Source: an uncultured Pseudomonadota bacterium
GTDB lineage: Bacteria > Pseudomonadota > Gammaproteobacteria > Burkholderiales > SG8-39
Direction of reading: 5' to 3'
NCBI GenBank assembly: GCA_963834845.1
Contig: CAWICY010000004.1
Location: 2,848,459 to 2,912,458, forward strand
DNA length: 64,000 bases
In this document: piece by piece, positions 60,493 through 64,000 of the stretch
Layout of the letters: every line of letters starts with the position of its first letter
Position numbering within the stretch: position 1 is the first letter of the stretch
Notes under the pieces: model-generated
Databases searched by the model: none
The model's input: only the letters and a program-made list of their open reading frames with translations
What the model was told of the DNA's origin: nothing
Position numbers and translations under genes: made by a program

Positions 60493-61632
60493 CTACGCGC
60501 GGCGCCGCCTGCGGCGCGTCAACCAGCCGCCCGAGAGCATGCAGGCGGCCATCGCCCAGTACACGGGCGCCATGCCGAGCGCCGTGCCGAGCGCGCCGAA
60601 CACCAGCGGCAGCGTCGTCGAGCTGGTGCTGAGCATCGCCGTGCGCACGCCCACCACCTCGCCCTGGCGCCCCGGCGGCGAGGCGGCGTACAGCAGCGCC
60701 ATGATCATCGGTTGTGCGGACCCCAGGCCGATGCCGAGCAGGAACGACAGTGGCATCAGCGTGCCCACGTCCTTTGCCGCCGGAAACAGTGCGAACGACG
60801 CGCCGGCGATGAACAGCGCAGTGCTGATCACGGTCCACTCCCTCAGCCTGCGCGCCAGCGCCGGCATCAGCAGCCGCACCGCGAAGGTGGCGCCGGCGAA
60901 GCTGCCCATGATCAGCCCGATGGTCGAGGCGCTGAGGCCGATGCGCGAGCCGTAGATCGGCAATGCGAACGAGTACAGATCCCATCCCATCGCCAACACC
61001 CCGCTGACGAGGAACGCCGCGCGCAGCCGCGGCTCGCGCAGCAGCTCGAGCACGCCACCCGCGGACACGGCGCCGCGCCCACGGTGCCCCTGTGGCAGCG
61101 CGTGGCGCCGCATCACCAGCGGTACCAGCGCGATCGCAGGAAATGCCGCGAGCGCGAGAAAGCCGGCGCGGTAGCCGACGCTGTCGATGGAAAATCCCGC
61201 CAGCATCGGGCCGAAGAAGCCGCCGGTCGAGAAGCCGAGCGCCAGCCAGCTGAAGTTTCGCGCGCGGTCCTCGGGCCTGCCGAGCGCGCCGGTCATGTTG
61301 TTGAGCACCACGAAGTACACGCCGAAGCCGGTGCCGATGGCGACCGCTGCGGGGAACAGCGCCCGCAGGTCGGGCCACGCGAAGGGCAGCAGCAGTCCGG
61401 CGAACACCGCGCAGGCCGCGGCCGCGACCGGCGGGAGCACGCCGATGCGGTCGACCAGCCGCCCCACGGGCACCGAGATGAGCATGGACAGCAGTGCGAA
61501 CAGCGACATGAGGGCGCCGATGGTGAGCGGCGTGGCGCCCTCGTGGATCGCGAACAGCGACACGGTCACCCGGCTGCCGGTGTAGGCGAGGTGGTTGAGC
61601 ACCGTCAGCAGGACGATGAGCGGCAGGTTCAC
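60493..61632 (-). CDS. MFS transporter
   Basis: 12-TM profile. PVGRLVDRIG loop motif. Confidence 0.8.
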   Translation of the reverse strand: MNLPLIVLLTVLNHLAYTGSRVTVSLFAIHEGATPLTIGALMSLFALLSMLISVPVGRLVDRIGVLPPVAAAACAVFAGLLLPFAWPDLRALFPAAVAIGTGFGVYFVVLNNMTGALGRPEDRARNFSWLALGFSTGGFFGPMLAGFSIDSVGYRAGFLALAAFPAIALVPLVMRRHALPQGHRGRGAVSAGGVLELLREPRLRAAFLVSGVLAMGWDLYSFALPIYGSRIGLSASTIGLIMGSFAGATFAVRLLMPALARRLREWTVISTALFIAGASFALFPAAKDVGTLMPLSFLLGIGLGSAQPMIMALLYAASPPGRQGEVVGVRTAMLSTSSTTLPLVFGALGTALGMAPVYWAMAACMLSGGWLTRRRRRRA

Positions 61633-62519
61633 GCGCGCGGCCTTCCCAGCGCCACCAGCGCCACGCCCAGGCAGGTGACGGCCACGCCGGCGAGCGACAG
61701 CGCGGTCGGCACGACGTCGAACACCAGGTACTCGAGCGCCACCGCGATGATCGGCGGCAGGTAAAGGAGGCTCGTGACCTTGGTGGCCTGTCCGTGGCGC
61801 ATCAGCGTGTGCAGCGTGTTGAAGGCGAGGATCGAGCCGAGGATCACCAGATAGGCGAGCGCGGCGGCGAGCTGCCAGGACCAGTCGATGCGCGCGCCCT
61901 CGACGCCCCAGGCGAGCGGCGCGACCACGAGCGACGCCGCAGCGAGCTGGATGAACGCGCCGCTATACAGGTCGGCATTGCGGCAGAACACGCGCTGATA
62001 GAGGGTGCCGGCGGTAATGCCTGCGACGCCCACGCATACGGCCCCGAGACTGCGCGGTCCCATGATGTGCACGTCGATCTTGTGCCACACCACCAGCGCC
62101 ACGCCCGCCAGCCCGATCGCCACGCCCGCCCACTGGCGCGTCGCCAGCCGCTCGCCGAGCCAGCGCGAGGCGACGATGGCCGTGAGCAGCGGCTGCGCGG
62201 AGAACAGCAGCGCGACGATGCCCGCCGAGATGCCCCAGTATTGGCCGTAATGGCTGCCGCCGAGCTGCACGGCGTGCAGCAGCAGGCCGGCGACGATCAG
62301 GTGCACCCATTCGCGCGGCGCGCGCGGCCAGCGCGGGCGCAGCGCGACCAGCACCGGCACCAGGCACGCCACGGCGAGCGCGAAGCGCAGCGCGAGGAAG
62401 GTGAACGGCGCCGCGTAATGCAGCCCGGTCTTGGTGGCGATGTAGCCAGATCCCCAGACCCAGACGAAGAACCACGCCAGCAAGGTGTCGCCCCGGCGCG
62501 CGGGAGGGGAGGCGGACAA
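61629..62519 (-). CDS. DMT superfamily (EamA-like) transporter
   Basis: 10-TM profile with two EamA-like halves. 4-nt overlap with the MFS gene. Confidence 0.75.
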   Translation of the reverse strand: MSASPPARRGDTLLAWFFVWVWGSGYIATKTGLHYAAPFTFLALRFALAVACLVPVLVALRPRWPRAPREWVHLIVAGLLLHAVQLGGSHYGQYWGISAGIVALLFSAQPLLTAIVASRWLGERLATRQWAGVAIGLAGVALVVWHKIDVHIMGPRSLGAVCVGVAGITAGTLYQRVFCRNADLYSGAFIQLAAASLVVAPLAWGVEGARIDWSWQLAAALAYLVILGSILAFNTLHTLMRHGQATKVTSLLYLPPIIAVALEYLVFDVVPTALSLAGVAVTCLGVALVALGRPRA

Positions 62520-62531
62520 GGCCGCTTGCGC

Positions 62532-63533
62532 TCAGGTCCAGAGCGGCAGCGCGGTGAGGCCCGCGGTCTCGGGCTGACCGGTCATCAGGTTCGCGTTCTG
62601 CACCGCCTGCGCGGCGGCGCCCTTGCCGAGGTTGTCGATGGCGCCCAGCGCGACTAGGAGGCCCGTCTCGCCATTCACCGCGTAGGACAGGAAAGCGAGG
62701 TTGGAGCCGGTGGCCCATTTGGTGTGCGGGCCGCGGCCTCCCGCCGCATCGAGCACCTTGATGAACGGCTCGCTGCGGTAGCAGCTTCGCGCGCTCTCGA
62801 AGAGCTGCGCGGCGTTCGCCGTGCCGCGCGGGCGCGCGTAGCAGGTGGCGAGGATGCCGCGCGTCATCGGCACCAGGTGCGGCGTGAAGGCGAGCGATGC
62901 GCGGCGCCCGGCGAGGCGCGACAGCGCCTCGGTCATCTCGGGCACGTGCGGATGCTTGGCGAGACCGTAGGCGAACAGGTCCTCGTTGGTCTCGACGTAG
63001 CCGAAGTCGCTGGCGCCGCCGCGCCCGGTGCCGGTGACGCCGCTCTTGGCGTCGATCACGATGCCTTCGGGCTCGACCAGGCCGTCGCGCACCAGCGGCG
63101 CGAGCGCCAGCAGCGCCGCCGCCGGGTAGCAGCCAGGGTTGGCGACGCGCGCCGCACCCTTGATGCTCTCGCGTTGGCCGGGCAGCTCGGTCAGGCCGTA
63201 GACCCAGCCCTCGGCGAAGCGGTGGTCGCCGCCGACGTCGAGCACCTTGACCTCGCGCGGCACGCGCGCCAGCGGCTCACGCGACTTGCCGGTCGGCAGC
63301 GAAGCGAACAGCATGTCGATGCCGCGGATCTTCTCCGGCTCGAAGGGCTGGATGACGATGCCGCCGGCGGGATGGCCCGCGAGCGCCGGGAAGCGCTGCG
63401 CGAGCGACTGCCCCGCGGTCGACTCGCCGGCCGCGTAGGCCAGCTCGAAGCCCGGGTGCGACAGGCACAGCCGCAGCAGCTCGCTGCCGCCATAACCGCT
63501 AATCCCCACGATGCCGATGCGCATGCCCGACAT
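62532..63533 (-). CDS. argC: N-acetyl-gamma-glutamyl-phosphate reductase
   Basis: IVGISGYGG, NPGCYPAA (catalytic Cys), AKSGVTGTGRG. Confidence 0.9.
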   Translation of the reverse strand: MSGMRIGIVGISGYGGSELLRLCLSHPGFELAYAAGESTAGQSLAQRFPALAGHPAGGIVIQPFEPEKIRGIDMLFASLPTGKSREPLARVPREVKVLDVGGDHRFAEGWVYGLTELPGQRESIKGAARVANPGCYPAAALLALAPLVRDGLVEPEGIVIDAKSGVTGTGRGGASDFGYVETNEDLFAYGLAKHPHVPEMTEALSRLAGRRASLAFTPHLVPMTRGILATCYARPRGTANAAQLFESARSCYRSEPFIKVLDAAGGRGPHTKWATGSNLAFLSYAVNGETGLLVALGAIDNLGKGAAAQAVQNANLMTGQPETAGLTALPLWT

Positions 63534-63545
63534 CGTAAGGCAAGA

Positions 63546-64000
63546 TCAGCGGCTTTGCAGCGCGGCGATGCGCTCCTCGATCGGCGGATGGGTGGAGAAC
63601 AGCGCCATGACGCCCGCGCGGTCGCTGATGCCCGAGGCCTTCATGCTCTCGGGCAGGGCGCCGGGCTCGAGGCCGCCGAGCCGCGTCAGCGCCGCCACCA
63701 TCGGCTGCGGCGTGCCGAGCAGCTTGGCCGAGCCGGCGTCGGCGCGGAATTCTCGCTGGCGCGAGAACCAGGCGACGATGATCGAGGCGAGCACGCCGAA
63801 GGCGATCTGGCACACGATCACCGTGATGTAGAAGCCGGGCCCGACGCCGCGCTCGGTCCGGAACACCGCGCGGTCGACGAAGTAGCCGACGATGCGCGAC
63901 AGGAACACGACGAAGGTGTTGACCACGCCCTGGATGAGCGTCAGCGTCACCATGTCGCCGTTGGCGACGTGCGTCACCTCGTGCCCCAGCACCGCCTCGA
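63546..64000 (-). CDS. htpX: M48 family protease HtpX, 5' end beyond window
   Basis: HEVTHV zinc motif and C-terminal [13 protein letters not shown]. The frame stays open to the window edge. Confidence 0.8.
   Translation of the reverse strand, partial: EAVLGHEVTHVANGDMVTLTLIQGVVNTFVVFLSRIVGYFVDRAVFRTERGVGPGFYITVIVCQIAFGVLASIIVAWFSRQREFRADAGSAKLLGTPQPMVAALTRLGGLEPGALPESMKASGISDRAGVMALFSTHPPIEERIAALQSR

Overview
High-GC (about two-thirds G+C) chromosomal segment. Gene content looks like a beta-/gammaproteobacterium, but that is only a guess. I found no rRNA, tRNA, CRISPR array, transposase or integrase. Coordinates follow the supplied ORF track.

Gene content, left to right:
- 1-9.3 kb: glycogen genes (pgm, alpha-glucan phosphorylase, glgX), interrupted by a type IIIA P-type ATPase and a membrane-anchored cytochrome c.
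- 9.4-30.6 kb: a dense cation-homeostasis region. It holds a frameshifted CopB-type ATPase, a CAX exchanger, a low-GC NCX/YrbG-like exchanger, and a complete nine-gene N-type ATPase operon (atpD-C-Q-R-B-E-F-A-G). PPK2, a GH144-like protein, phosphoketolase, a DUF389 protein and a NhaP antiporter follow. Decayed remnants of ackA, xfp, a CDF transporter and a second H+-ATPase are scattered among them.
- 30.5-35 kb: a minus-strand unit of a zinc-ribbon/cyclase/P-loop/TPR protein plus two CPFC peroxiredoxin-like genes.
- 35-44 kb: housekeeping-type genes (methyltransferase, Sir2 deacylase, MBL hydrolase, FAD monooxygenase, LIV-type ABC transporter).
- 44-49 kb: a PQQ-dehydrogenase cluster carrying the DYD lanthanide-type signature.
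- 50.6-54.8 kb: a recombination mosaic with two interleaved direct-repeat pairs, gene fragments, a BLUF gene and low-GC DNA.
- 54.7-57.6 kb: a minus-strand pdxH / APH-like kinase / divergent enolase paralogue unit.
- 57.7-64 kb: EgtB-like plus MBL genes, SWIB, MFS, DMT, argC and a partial htpX.

Three genes are broken by single-nucleotide frameshifts. Two of these sit in 7-nt homopolymers, which argues for assembly error rather than biology.

No classical defence or mobile system is evident. The most unusual signals are the decorated N-ATPase operon, the 105-nt repeat that supplies the C-termini of two unrelated ORFs, and the enolase-like/kinase pair.
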